A stretch of 64,000 bases of DNA, from contig CBDCRW010000001.1 of assembly GCA_965221125.1 (NCBI GenBank), forward strand, positions 8,972 through 72,971. Reading direction: 5' to 3'. A program made the position numbers and the translations under genes. This DNA comes from Alphaproteobacteria bacterium (GTDB taxonomy: Bacteria; Pseudomonadota; Alphaproteobacteria; UBA828). Shown here one piece after another: positions 1 to 9,989 of the stretch (position 1 is its first letter; the number at the start of each line of letters is the position of its first letter). The notes below the pieces were generated by a model that saw nothing but the letters and a program-made list of their open reading frames with translations, had not been told where the DNA came from and did no database searches.

Positions 1-1314
1 CAGCATGTCCTTGATCTCGCGGTCGTGGTAGAGGCGGCCTTCGGCGAGATCGACGGAGATCATCTGTCCGGGGCCGAGGCGCCCGCTTTCCACGATGTGC
101 TCCGGCGCGATGGGGACCATGCCGGCCTCGGAGCCCACGACCAGCATGTCGTTGTCGGTGACGCTGTAGCGCATGGGGCGGAGCCCGTTTCGGTCCATCC
201 CGGCCAGGATCCAGGCCCCGTCCGTCGCGGCCACCGCCGCCGGGCCGTCCCAGGGCTCCATCACGCAATTGCAGAAGTTGTAGAACGCCCGGTGGTGGGC
301 CGGCATGTCCTGCTTCTTGGACCAGGCGTCGGGGATCATTAGGCTGTACGCCGCAGGCACCGAGCGGCCGGCCCGCACCACGCCTTCGAGCACCGCGTCG
401 AGCGCCATCGAATCCGAGGCATCGGGCTCGATCAGCGGGAACAGCTCGTTGTTGTGGGGGCCGAAGACGTCGCTCGCGGCCCGCGTCTCGTGGCTCGCCA
501 TCCAGTTCTTGTTGCCGCGCACCGTGTTGATCTCGCCGTTGTGGGCGAGCATGCGGAAGGGCTGCGCGAGCCGCCAGGTGGGGAAGGTGTTGGTCGAGTA
601 GCGCTGGTGGAAGATCGCGAAGCGCGAGACGAAGCGCTCGTCCAGCAGGTCCGGGTAGAAGGCCGTGCACTGCTCGGCCAGGAACATCCCCTTGTAGATG
701 AGCGAGCGGGACGAGAGCGAGCAGATGTAGAAGCCGGTGATGTGGTGGTCGAGCACCTGCTTCTCGATGCGCCGGCGGATGACGTAGAGGTCGATCTCGA
801 ACTGGTCGTCACCGACGCCGCGCTCGTTCGCGACCATGACCTGCTCGATCTCCGGCCGGCTCGCGTTCGCCTTTTCGCCGATCACCGAGGAATCGATGGG
901 CACCTGGCGCCAGCCCTGGATGCCGTGGCCGAAGCGGAGGATCTCGGTCTCGACGATGCTGCGGCAGAGGTCCTGCGCGCCGAGGTCGGTCTTGGGCAGG
1001 AACACCATGCCGACGGCGAGCCGCCTGCCCTTGGTGCCCTGGCCCGTTGCCTCCACGTGCTCCCTGAAGAAGTCCTGCGGAATCTCGACGTGGATGCCGG
1101 CGCCGTCGCCGGTCATGCCGTCGGCGTCGACCGCGCCCCGGTGCCACACCGCCTTGAGCGCCGCGATGCCAGCCTCCACCACGTCGCGGCGCGGCGTGCC
1201 GTCGAGCGCGGCGATGAGGCCGACCCCGCAGGCATCGTGCTCGAACGCGGGATCGTACAGGCCGCCAGTCAGCCCGGCCGGCCCGGCGAGGGGAGGGCGC
1301 GCGCGTTCCCTCAT
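1..1314 (-). CDS. gltB: glutamate synthase large subunit, N-terminal part (gene runs off the left edge)
   Basis: My own translation of the minus strand from ATG 1314-1312 gives MRERARPPLAGPAGLTGGLYDPAFEHDACGVGLIAALDG...LKAVWHRGAVDADGMTGDGAGIHVEIPQDFF. The ACGVG Ntn-amidotransferase N-terminus is typical of GltB. It is absent from the ORF track because there is no stop inside the window. The start overlaps the gltD stop (ATGA, 1311-1314). Confidence 0.85.
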   Translation of the reverse strand, partial: MRERARPPLAGPAGLTGGLYDPAFEHDACGVGLIAALDGTPRRDVVEAGIAALKAVWHRGAVDADGMTGDGAGIHVEIPQDFFREHVEATGQGTKGRRLAVGMVFLPKTDLGAQDLCRSIVETEILRFGHGIQGWRQVPIDSSVIGEKANASRPEIEQVMVANERGVGDDQFEIDLYVIRRRIEKQVLDHHITGFYICSLSSRSLIYKGMFLAEQCTAFYPDLLDERFVSRFAIFHQRYSTNTFPTWRLAQPFRMLAHNGEINTVRGNKNWMASHETRAASDVFGPHNNELFPLIEPDASDSMALDAVLEGVVRAGRSVPAAYSLMIPDAWSKKQDMPAHHRAFYNFCNCVMEPWDGPAAVAATDGAWILAGMDRNGLRPMRYSVTDNDMLVVGSEAGMVPIAPEHIVESGRLGPGQMISVDLAEGRLYHDREIKDML

Positions 1315-2747
1315 GCTGCGGCCTTGCGCGCGGCGGCGCCTTCGCCCGCCTTCGCCTGGATGTAGCGGTGAATGGAGGCCGCAGCGTCGCGTCCGTCCTT
1401 GATCGCCCAGACCACCAGCGAGGCGCCGCGCACGATGTCGCCGATGGCGAAGACGCCGTCGAGGCTCGTCATCATGGTGCGCCAGTCGATGAGCAGCGTG
1501 CCCCAGCGGGTCGTCTCGAGCGCAGGCTCGCCGAACAGCGTGGGCAGGTCCTCGGGGTCGAAGCCGAGCGCCTTGATGAGCAGGTCGGCGTCGACGGAAT
1601 AGCTGGAGCCCGGAATCGGCTGGGGGGTCTGGCGGCCGCTCGCGTCGGCGACGCCCAGGTGAATGCGCACCGCGCGGACGCCCTCGACCAGGGTATCGCC
1701 GAGCACGGCCTCGGGCGACGAGAGCCAGACGAACTCGACGCCCTCCTCCTCCGCGTGCGTCACCTCCTGCATCGAGCCCGGCATGTTGGCGCGGTCGCGG
1801 CGGTAGAGGCAGCGGACCGAGCGCGCGCCCTGGCGCACCGCCGTGCGCACACAGTCCATCGCCGTGTCGCCGCCGCCGACCACGACGACGTCCTTGCCCT
1901 CGGCGTCGAGCGTGCCGTCGTCGAAGGCCGGCACGTCGTCGCCCAGGCCCTTGCGGTTGCTCGCTGTGAGGTAGTCCATCGCCTGGAAGATGTTGCCGAG
2001 GCCGATCCCCGGCACGCTCATGTCGCGCGCCTTGTAGGCGCCGGTCGCAACCACCAGCGCATCGTGCTCTGCGCGCAGCTCGGCGAGCGAGCAGTCGCGC
2101 CCGACCTCGACGTTGAGGTGCATGTGCACGCCGCCTTCGATGAGCAGGTCGGCCCGGCGCCGGACGATGGATTTGTCCAGCTTGAAGTTGGGGATCCCGT
2201 AGATCAGCAGGCCGCCGACCCGGTCGTAGCGGTCGTAGATGTGGACCCGATAGCCGAGGCGGCGCAGCTCCTCCGCAGCCGTCATCCCGCCGGGGCCTGC
2301 GCCGATGATGCCGACGGACTGCGGCCGCTCGGCCCTGGGCTCCGGCGGCTTGACCCAGCCGTTGCGGAACGCGGTATCGGTGATGTAGCGCTCCACCGCG
2401 CCGATGGTGACCGATTCGAAACCCTTCTCGATCACGCAGTTGCCTTCGCAGAGGCGGTCCTGCGGGCAGATGCGGCCGCAGATCTCCGGCATGTTGTTGG
2501 TCGCCGACGAGATCTCGTAGGCTTCCTCCAGCCGCCCCTCGGCCGTCAGCATCAGCCAGTCGGGGATGTTGTTCGAGACCGGGCAGTGAATCTGACAGAA
2601 GGGCACGCCGCACTGGGAGCAGCGGGCGGCCTGGTCGGCCGCCGCCTCGGGGCGGAAGTCGTCGTAGACCTCGCCCCAGTCGCGGCGGCGCAGCGCCGGC
2701 GCCCGCTTGTCCGGGTGCTTCTGCTCAAGCGTCACGAACTTGAGCAT
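1311..2747 (-). CDS. gltD: glutamate synthase small subunit (NADPH-dependent)
   Basis: ORF 1311..2861(-). The first 38 codons look like read-through, so the start is placed at ATG 2747 (MLKFVTLEQKHPDKRAP...). Cys clusters CSQCGVPFC, CPVSNNIPDW and CGRICPQDRLCEGNC are present, plus GAGPGG and VVGGGDTAMD dinucleotide-binding motifs. Confidence 0.9.
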   Translation of the reverse strand: MLKFVTLEQKHPDKRAPALRRRDWGEVYDDFRPEAAADQAARCSQCGVPFCQIHCPVSNNIPDWLMLTAEGRLEEAYEISSATNNMPEICGRICPQDRLCEGNCVIEKGFESVTIGAVERYITDTAFRNGWVKPPEPRAERPQSVGIIGAGPGGMTAAEELRRLGYRVHIYDRYDRVGGLLIYGIPNFKLDKSIVRRRADLLIEGGVHMHLNVEVGRDCSLAELRAEHDALVVATGAYKARDMSVPGIGLGNIFQAMDYLTASNRKGLGDDVPAFDDGTLDAEGKDVVVVGGGDTAMDCVRTAVRQGARSVRCLYRRDRANMPGSMQEVTHAEEEGVEFVWLSSPEAVLGDTLVEGVRAVRIHLGVADASGRQTPQPIPGSSYSVDADLLIKALGFDPEDLPTLFGEPALETTRWGTLLIDWRTMMTSLDGVFAIGDIVRGASLVVWAIKDGRDAAASIHRYIQAKAGEGAAARKAAA

Positions 2748-3070
2748 GTCCGTGCCCACGTGGCCTCTCCCTCTCGTCTCGCTGTCGAGGCGGGGCTGCC
2801 GCGGTCCCTCCGCCTGCGATTGCGCCCAGTATAGCCGCACGTCGTCATGCGCGCCATGCAATTCCGCGAAGATAAGACAGTATATCTGCCTGAAATGCGT
2901 CGATAGCGTCGCGGCGGCATTGGCCGTACCAATATCGAGCTGTCTGGAGCGCTTATATTAGGACCGAACTGCGACTATGCGGGAAGCGTCGTATTCTGTC
3001 CCTGATCCGCCCCGCGGTGGTATAAGCGCGACGGCGGCGAGTCGGCCGCCATCGAGTCGGCAGCGCGCCC

Positions 3071-3880
3071 GTGCCCTTCTTCCATATCGCCATCCTCACG
3101 ATCATCCAGGGCATCACCGAGTTCCTGCCGGTGAGCTCGTCCGGCCATCTCGTGCTGGTGCCTCTCGTCACCGGCTGGCAGGACCAGGGGTTGGTCATGG
3201 ACGTGGCGGTCCATGTCGGCACGCTCGCGGCGGTCCTGGTCTACTTCTCCGGCGATCTCTGGCGCATGGTCCTCGGCTGGCTCGGCGGGCGCTGGCGCAG
3301 GCGCGACCGCAAGCTGGGCAGGGCGCTCGGCTTCTATCTGGTCGTCTCCTCCGTTCCCGTGATCGCCGCCGGCGGGGTGCTCTACCTGATGGGGTACGCG
3401 GTGCTGCGCGACCCGGAGGTGGTCGCCTGGGCGACGGTCGGCTTCGGGGTCCTGCTCTACGTCTTCGATCGCATCGGGATGACCGTCCGGCGCGTGGAGC
3501 ACATGACGCTTGGCCACGCGTTCTTCATCGGCCTTGCCCAGGTGCTCGCGCTCATTCCCGGTGCGAGCCGCTCGGGAGTCAGCATGACCGCCGCCCGTTG
3601 GCTCGGTTACGAGCGGCCGGAGGCGGCGCGCTTCTCGATGCTCATGTCGATCCCGGTCATCGGGGCGAGCGGGACAGTGGCCGGCTACGAGGTGTGGAGC
3701 CGGGGCGACCCCGTCCTCACCGCGAGCGCGGCGCTCGCCGCAGCCCTCTCGTTCGTCGTGGCGCTGGTGGCAATCGCCCTGCTGCTGGCGCTGCTCCGGC
3801 GCGTGAGCTTCACGCCCTTCGTCATCTACCGCCTGGCTCTGGGCGGCGCGGTGCTCGTCTGGCTCTATTACCTGGCGTGA
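3071..3880 (+). CDS. uppP: undecaprenyl-diphosphate phosphatase
   Basis: GTG-start ORF. It has the signature GITEFLPVSSSGHLVL and a later PGASRSG motif, and is hydrophobic throughout. Confidence 0.9.
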   Translation: MPFFHIAILTIIQGITEFLPVSSSGHLVLVPLVTGWQDQGLVMDVAVHVGTLAAVLVYFSGDLWRMVLGWLGGRWRRRDRKLGRALGFYLVVSSVPVIAAGGVLYLMGYAVLRDPEVVAWATVGFGVLLYVFDRIGMTVRRVEHMTLGHAFFIGLAQVLALIPGASRSGVSMTAARWLGYERPEAARFSMLMSIPVIGASGTVAGYEVWSRGDPVLTASAALAAALSFVVALVAIALLLALLRRVSFTPFVIYRLALGGAVLVWLYYLA

Positions 3881-3884
3881 CGCT

Positions 3885-4886
3885 CTACGCTTCGGCGACC
3901 GGCGCCGACTGGCTGCTGCCGCGGCGGTGGTCCCGCAGGTAGGTCGGCAGGATGAGCTCCGCCGCCGTCGCCTCGACGCCGAGGTCGGCGAGGCCCGGCG
4001 CGTCCGGCGCGACCACGTTGTCGATCCTGAGCAGCGTCACCTGGTCCGGCGTGAGCGGCGGCACCGGCGCAAACTGCAGGAACTTCGCCATGATTGCCGC
4101 GGCGAAGAACGGCACCGGGGCCAGCAGCGGCTTGCGGCCGGTCTCGTGCGCGACCATCGCCATGAGATCGGCATAGCTGTAGACCGAGGGGCCGCCCAGC
4201 TCGTAGGTCTTGCCCTGCGCCGCCTCGCCGTCCAGCGCCCGCTTGGCGGCCTCGGCGATGTCGCCGACGAAGACCGGCTGGAAGCGCGTCGTGCCGGCGA
4301 CGAACTCGGGCGTAAGAAACAGCCCGTCCAGCTTCATCTTCGGCAGCCCGTCGAAGAACACGGGCAGGACGGGGACCAGCCGCACCATGGCGGCGAAGCG
4401 GTTGAAGAAATCGTCCTCGGGCCCGAACACGAGGCTCGGGCGGAAGATCGTGGCGGTGGGGAACGCGTCGCGGATCGCGGCCTCGCCGGCCGCCTTGGAG
4501 CGTGCGTAGGCCGAGGGCGAGGCCGCATCGGCGCCGATCGCCGAGACGTGCAGCAGGTGCGAGACGTCGGCCTCCGCCGCGGCCCGCGCGATGCGGTCGG
4601 CCGACGCCACGTGGACGGCATAGAAATTCTGCCGGCCGCGCTCGTAGAGGATGCCGGTAAGGTTGATGACCGCGTCCGCGCCGGCGACGGCACGGCGGAT
4701 CGAGGCTTCGTCCCGCACGTTGGCCTGGACCGGAACGACCTGGCCGACATCGCCGCAAGGGCGCAGGAAACCGGCAAGCTCCGGCCGCCGGGTCGCGACG
4801 CGGATGCCGTAGCCCTCCTGCGCCAGCCGCTGGACGATGTGGCGCCCGAGGAACCCGCTTCCACCGAAGATCGTGACGATTCGCAA
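3885..4886 (-). CDS. NAD(P)H-binding epimerase/dehydratase family protein (complex I NDUFA9-like)
   Basis: The N-terminal Rossmann motif is IFGGSGFLGRHIV. The length (333 aa) and overall pattern match the NmrA/NDUFA9-like SDR family. Confidence 0.7.
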   Translation of the reverse strand: MRIVTIFGGSGFLGRHIVQRLAQEGYGIRVATRRPELAGFLRPCGDVGQVVPVQANVRDEASIRRAVAGADAVINLTGILYERGRQNFYAVHVASADRIARAAAEADVSHLLHVSAIGADAASPSAYARSKAAGEAAIRDAFPTATIFRPSLVFGPEDDFFNRFAAMVRLVPVLPVFFDGLPKMKLDGLFLTPEFVAGTTRFQPVFVGDIAEAAKRALDGEAAQGKTYELGGPSVYSYADLMAMVAHETGRKPLLAPVPFFAAAIMAKFLQFAPVPPLTPDQVTLLRIDNVVAPDAPGLADLGVEATAAELILPTYLRDHRRGSSQSAPVAEA

Positions 4887-5011
4887 GACGGCCCCGCTCG
4901 ATCTCTGCTGCCGTTGATGCGCCCCGACTATTAGCGCGGATGTCTCACCGATGTCACGGCCTGCGTCGCAGGCGTTGACCCTGGCAAGAGTTCCGGGCTA
5001 GGCAGCACGCC

Positions 5012-5629
5012 ATGGCGCAGCATCTGCATCGCGGCGACCTGCCGCCGGGGCTCACCTTCGGCGACGCGGTGGCCATCGACACCGAGACGATGGGCCTCGA
5101 CCCCCATCGCGACCGGCTCTGCCTGGTCCAGCTCTCGCGCGGCGACGGCGACTGCCACCTGGTGCAGCTCCCGCCCGGCGAGCCCATCGATGCGCCGTGC
5201 CTGGCGGCGTTGCTGACCGACGAGACGGTGCTAAAAATCTTCCACTTCGCGCGCTTCGACGTTGCGGTGCTGGAGCACGCGCTCGGGCTTCGCTGCGGGC
5301 CGGTCTACTGCACGAAGATCGCCTCCCGGCTCTCGCGCACCTTCACCGACCGCCACGGCCTCAAGGACCTCTGCCGCGACCTGCTCGGCGTCGAGATTTC
5401 CAAGCAGCAGCAGTCGTCGGACTGGGGCACGGACACCCTCTCCAAGAGCCAGCTCGAGTATGCCGCCAACGACGTGCTCCACCTGCATGCGCTGAAGGAG
5501 AAGCTCGACGCGATGCTGGTGAGAGAGGGGCGGGCGGAACTCGCCCAGGCCTGCTTCGACTTCCTGCCCCACCGCGCCCGCCTGGATCTCGAAGGCTGGC
5601 CAGAGGTGGACATCTTCGCCCACGACTAG
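5012..5629 (+). CDS. short-form ribonuclease D-like 3'-5' exonuclease
   Basis: DEDD exonuclease motifs are present: AIDTETMGLD, LKIFHFARFD and YAANDVLHLHAL. The product is 205 aa. Confidence 0.7.
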   Translation: MAQHLHRGDLPPGLTFGDAVAIDTETMGLDPHRDRLCLVQLSRGDGDCHLVQLPPGEPIDAPCLAALLTDETVLKIFHFARFDVAVLEHALGLRCGPVYCTKIASRLSRTFTDRHGLKDLCRDLLGVEISKQQQSSDWGTDTLSKSQLEYAANDVLHLHALKEKLDAMLVREGRAELAQACFDFLPHRARLDLEGWPEVDIFAHD

Positions 5630-5669
5630 GGCGTTTCCGTTTTTCACGGAAACGCCCTCTCCCTTTTTT
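5629..5669 (+). terminator. Rho-independent terminator after the RNase D-like gene
   Basis: Perfect 11-bp stem GGGCGTTTCCG (5629-5639) / CGGAAACGCCC (5647-5657) with a 7-nt loop. It is followed by TCTCCCTTTTTT. Confidence 0.75.
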
Positions 5670-5784
5670 CGCTCACGGCAGCTGGCCTGCGGCCAGCGCC
5701 TCCGCGAGGGCGCCGCATTCGCGGCGGGCCGCGGTCGCGGCCTATCGCGCGTCCGCCAAAGTCGGACGCGCTCTCGGGCGGCGC

Positions 5785-6894
5785 CTAGCGTTCGCACGCG
5801 AACCCCTCGCCCGCGCGGCCGACGAGCCCCGCCTGCTCGATCCACACGCGTTCCTGTGCATCGTCGACCACCGTGCCGATCCGCTGGCACGCCTTGCCGT
5901 GCGCGCCGAGGATGGCGATGGCGCGGGCCTCGTGCGCCGGCGGCACGATGGCGCAGAAGCCGATGCCCATGTTGAAGACGCGGAACATCTCCGCGTCCGC
6001 GATGCCGCCTAGCCGCTGGATCGCCGAGAAAACCGGCGGCGCGTCGGGCAGCGCGTCAATGCGCATGCCCACCTGCGCCTCGATGCGGGTCAGGTTGAGG
6101 AAGCCGTCGCCGGTGATGTGGAGCAGCGCGCGCACCGGCACGTCACTTGCGAGCAGGTCCAGCGCCTCGCGGACGTAGATGTGCGTCGGCCGCAGCAGCG
6201 CCTCGCCCACGGTCTCGCCCAGGTCGTCGAGCCGGTCTCCCGCCCCGAGCCCCGCCGTCTCGAAGAAGACGCGCCGCGCGAGCGTGAGGCCGTTGCTGTG
6301 GATGCCGCTGCTGGCGATGCCGACGATGCTGTCGCCCGGGCGCACGTCGGCCCCGACATTGACGGCGTCGAGTTCGACGCGGCCCACGGCGGTCCCCGCC
6401 AGGTCGAAGCCCCGGTCCGGCACGGCGCCCTTGATGACGTCGCGCATCTCGGCGATCTCGCCGCCCGAGATCGAGACGCCCGCCAGCCGCGCGCCCTCGG
6501 CCAGGCCCTTGCCGAGGGCTTCCAGCATCCCCGGCTCCGCACGCTCGACGGCGATGTAGTCGACGAAGGTGACCGGGCGCGCGCCGACGCAGACGAGGTC
6601 GTTCACGTTCATCGCCACGCAGTCGATGCCGACGGTATCGAAGCGCCCCGTCATCTGCGCGATCAGCGCCTTGGTGCCGATGCCGTCGGTGCAGACGGCG
6701 ATGCCCATGCCGCCGAAATCGACGACGCTCGCGAAGTAGCCCGGCCTGCCCCTGATCGCGCCGAGCCCTTCGGCGCCCGCCGGCCATGTGGTGCGGATGT
6801 GGCGGACGAGCGCGGCCAGCCCCGCCTCGGCGGCGCCAAGATCGACGCCGGCGCTGCCGTAGTCCGTAGATGGGCGCTCCGGCGGCGCTGCCAT
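5785..6894 (-). CDS. AIR synthase (PurM)-related protein, probable paralogue
   Basis: PurM-superfamily motifs are present: TDGIGTKALIA, GIDCVAMNVNDL, SGGEIAEM, GIASSGIHSNG and LHITGDGF. It diverges from canonical PurM, and no purN lies adjacent. Confidence 0.6.
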   Translation of the reverse strand: MAAPPERPSTDYGSAGVDLGAAEAGLAALVRHIRTTWPAGAEGLGAIRGRPGYFASVVDFGGMGIAVCTDGIGTKALIAQMTGRFDTVGIDCVAMNVNDLVCVGARPVTFVDYIAVERAEPGMLEALGKGLAEGARLAGVSISGGEIAEMRDVIKGAVPDRGFDLAGTAVGRVELDAVNVGADVRPGDSIVGIASSGIHSNGLTLARRVFFETAGLGAGDRLDDLGETVGEALLRPTHIYVREALDLLASDVPVRALLHITGDGFLNLTRIEAQVGMRIDALPDAPPVFSAIQRLGGIADAEMFRVFNMGIGFCAIVPPAHEARAIAILGAHGKACQRIGTVVDDAQERVWIEQAGLVGRAGEGFACER

Positions 6895-7061
6895 GCCTCT
6901 CTCGTCCCTTCACCCACCACAGGCGGGCGCGAGCCTCGCCTATCGGCCGGCGGCCGGCAAGGATCGCGGCGCCTTCCGATCCACCGGGCCCGCCGCTATC
7001 ATCGCCGCCCATCATCGGCCGGGCGCCCGCCCGCCGGCAACATGCGACAGCGGGAGAAACC

Positions 7062-7547
7062 ATGAGCTCGAAGACCACCGCAACCCCCGAAAACGCCCTC
7101 TCCAAGCAAGAGATCGACGAGCGATTGGCGGCAGGCACGCTGGCGCGACTCGCGAGCTACCGCGAGGACGGGATGATTCACATGACGCCGATCTGGTTCG
7201 ACTGGAACGGCGAGGTGTTCCGGCTCACCCTCGGCGCGGGCCGCATCCACCTCAAGAACCTGGCGCGGGATTCGCGCGTCTCGATCCTGGTCGACCGCGA
7301 CCCCCGCGTGGACGAGGGCGCGCAAGGCCTCGCGGCCGGCGCGTGGGCGATCATGTGCCGGGGCCACGCCACGCTCTCGCAGGACGACGCGCTGATACGC
7401 GAGGTCACGGTCGCGGTGCTGAAGAAGGCGCTCGGGCCGGAGGATGCCGACAAGTATGCCGAGCCGGTGATGGCGGAGGGCCGCACCATCGTGACCATCA
7501 CGCCGCAGGACTGGCTGACCTGGGACTACAACAAGGCCGAGGATTAG
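7062..7547 (+). CDS. pyridoxamine 5'-phosphate oxidase family (split-barrel flavin-binding) protein
   Basis: ORF 6870..7547 trimmed to ATG 7062, which is preceded by GGGAGA. The sequence ARLASYREDGMIHMTPIWFDWNGEVFRLTLG...SILVD matches the PPOX-class pattern. Confidence 0.6.
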   Translation: MSSKTTATPENALSKQEIDERLAAGTLARLASYREDGMIHMTPIWFDWNGEVFRLTLGAGRIHLKNLARDSRVSILVDRDPRVDEGAQGLAAGAWAIMCRGHATLSQDDALIREVTVAVLKKALGPEDADKYAEPVMAEGRTIVTITPQDWLTWDYNKAED

Positions 7548-7577
7548 GGGGGTGTCAGTCCGCTTCCCCGGCGCGAT

Positions 7578-9989
7578 TTACTCCGCGCGCCTGCCGGCGC
7601 GACCGGCCTCGATCGCGGCGAGGATCGACTCGGGCTTCAGCGGTAGCGACGTGATCTCGACGCGGAAGGGCGCCAGCGCGTCGCATATCGCATTTGCGAG
7701 CGCGGCGGGTACGGGCCCCGGCCTGCCTTCGCCCACCGCGCGAACGCCCAGGGGATGGTCCGGACACGGCGTCGGCGCGTGGCTGACGGTCACGGTCGGG
7801 ACGTCGGCAGCGGAGGCGAGGCGATAGTTCTCGAAGTCCGCCGTCAACTGCTGGCCGTTCTCGTCGTAGAGGAACTCCTCGAACATGGCGTTCGACATGC
7901 CCTGCACGACGCCGCCCTGCACCTGGCCCTCGACGACGATGGGGTTGATCACCGTGCCGACGTCCTCGCAGGTGGCGTAGTCGAGGATGACGAAGCGCCC
8001 GGTCTCGATGTCGACCTCCACCTTGGCGGCCTGCGCGGTGAAGCAGATCATGGGCTTGGGCGCCTCGAAGTAGGCCGTGTGCTCCAGCCCCGGACTCTCG
8101 TCGGGCGGCAGGTTGACCGACCCCATGACGATGCGGTCGGCGAGCGCGGCGAATTCGCGGCGGACGTTGCCGTCCTTCTCGTAGACCACCGCGCCGCCCC
8201 GGAAGCTGAAGTCGTCGGGACTCGCGCCCTCCAGTCCGTGATCGTGAATCATGTAGCGCGCCATCTTGGCCTTGAGCGCGGCCGCCGCCTCGGCGATGGC
8301 GGCGACGGTGTAGGAGGCCCCGCGTGCGCCGACGGTGCCGGAGCTCAAGGGCGTGGTGTCGGTATCGCCGTGGCGCACGCTCACGTCGTCGGGGTGGATG
8401 CCGAAGGCGTCTGCGGCGACCTGCGCCATCGTGGTCTCGTGGCTCTGGCCCTGCGGCGCGTCGCCTTCGTGGATCGCGACCTTGCCGCGCGGATCGATGC
8501 GCATGGTGACGACGCCGTAGCCAGGCTGGTTCTCCAGCGGCACCAGCACGTCCGAGGGGATGCCGGAGAACTCGGCGCCGCAGGCGAAGCCGATGCCGAG
8601 GTAGTGCCCCTCCGCGCGGGCCTCCGCCTGCAGCGCGCGGAAGCCGGGGAGATCGACCGTGGCCAGCAGCGCGTCCCACGCCTTCACGTAGTCGCCGCTG
8701 TCGTGATGGACGCCGGTGACGCTGGTGAACGGGAAGTCGGCGATCAGGTTCCTGCGCTTGAGTTCGCTCGTCTCGAGGCCGAGCCTGCGCGCCAGCATGT
8801 CGAGGGCGCGTTCCAGCGCGAAGCGCGTGGGCAGCGCGCCGAACGAGCGCGACGGGCTCACGCACGTCTTGTTGGTGACGGCGCAGCGGAGCTTGATGTC
8901 GGCATGGCGGATCGCGTAGGCGTTCGGCAGCATGACCGAGCCGAGCGAGGGCATGACGAAGCCCCAGTAGACTCCCTGGCGCCCGTCGCCCACGTCGGCG
9001 ATGCCGCGATTGCGGAGCGCGAGGATGCGCCCCTCCCGGTCCGCCGCGATTTCAAGATCGTGGATCTGGTCGCGCTCCTGGCTCACCGTCATCAGGTGCT
9101 CCTCGCGCGTCTCGATCCAGCGCACCGGGCGCCCCAGCTTGCGCGCGAGATGACAGACCACGACGTGCTCGCGGTAGAACGGCGCCTTGACGCCGAAGCC
9201 GCCACCCTGATCGCGCGGCGCGATCACCCGGACCTGGGCGGTCGAAAGCTCCAGCAGGTCGGCGAGCGCGAGCCGCTCGATGTGCGGGCGCTGCGTCGTC
9301 AGGTGCAGGGTCAACCCGTCGGTATCGCTCCAGATCGCGAGCGCGCCACGGGTCTCGATGGGGCAGACGCCGCAGCGCTGGGTACGGAAGCGCTGCGCGA
9401 GCACCACGTCGGCCTCGGCGAACAGCGCCTCGACGGCGGCGTCGTTTGCGGCGATCGCCTCGTCGTCGGCGCCGCCGGTGTAGCTGGTGCCGAAAATCTC
9501 GTTGCTGCCCCAGTCGGCGTAGACGCGGGGCGCGTCGTCATGCAACGCGGCCTCGGCATCGGTGACGACGGGGAGCGGCGCGTAGTCGACGTCCACGGCG
9601 GCCGCCGCGTCCTCGGCTACGTACTTGTCGTCCGCCACGATGGCGGCGAGCGGCTCGCCATGCCAGTACGCCTCGTCCACCGCGAGCGGCCAGTACTGCC
9701 GGTAGTTGGCCGCGAAGGCGGGGATCAGGACTGGGATTTTCTGGCCCTGCATCTCCTTCGCGAGTTCGGCGCCTGTGATCGCGCCGACCACGCCCGGCAT
9801 CGCGAGCGCGGCTTCGAGGCTGATGTCCCTGATCTTCGCGTGCGCGTGGGTGGAGCGAACGAAGCAGAGATGCAGGCAATCGGGGACGCGGAGGTCGGCG
9901 AGGTACGCGCCCTGGCCGGTGAGCAGGCGCAGGTCCTCGCGCCGCTCCAGCGAGCGGCCGATCCAGCGGGTCTCGTCGGGCGCGTTCAC
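7578..9989 (-). CDS. xanthine dehydrogenase/CoxL-family molybdopterin-binding large subunit (locus 1)
   Basis: ORF 7578..10409 trimmed to GTG 9989, where VNAPDETRWIGRSLERREDLRLLTGQGAYLADL begins. This start overlaps the stop of the upstream FeS gene (GTGA). It has GGGFGVK and an atypical TNKTCVSPSRSFGALP loop. The product is 804 aa. Confidence 0.8.
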   Translation of the reverse strand: MNAPDETRWIGRSLERREDLRLLTGQGAYLADLRVPDCLHLCFVRSTHAHAKIRDISLEAALAMPGVVGAITGAELAKEMQGQKIPVLIPAFAANYRQYWPLAVDEAYWHGEPLAAIVADDKYVAEDAAAAVDVDYAPLPVVTDAEAALHDDAPRVYADWGSNEIFGTSYTGGADDEAIAANDAAVEALFAEADVVLAQRFRTQRCGVCPIETRGALAIWSDTDGLTLHLTTQRPHIERLALADLLELSTAQVRVIAPRDQGGGFGVKAPFYREHVVVCHLARKLGRPVRWIETREEHLMTVSQERDQIHDLEIAADREGRILALRNRGIADVGDGRQGVYWGFVMPSLGSVMLPNAYAIRHADIKLRCAVTNKTCVSPSRSFGALPTRFALERALDMLARRLGLETSELKRRNLIADFPFTSVTGVHHDSGDYVKAWDALLATVDLPGFRALQAEARAEGHYLGIGFACGAEFSGIPSDVLVPLENQPGYGVVTMRIDPRGKVAIHEGDAPQGQSHETTMAQVAADAFGIHPDDVSVRHGDTDTTPLSSGTVGARGASYTVAAIAEAAAALKAKMARYMIHDHGLEGASPDDFSFRGGAVVYEKDGNVRREFAALADRIVMGSVNLPPDESPGLEHTAYFEAPKPMICFTAQAAKVEVDIETGRFVILDYATCEDVGTVINPIVVEGQVQGGVVQGMSNAMFEEFLYDENGQQLTADFENYRLASAADVPTVTVSHAPTPCPDHPLGVRAVGEGRPGPVPAALANAICDALAPFRVEITSLPLKPESILAAIEAGRAGRRAE

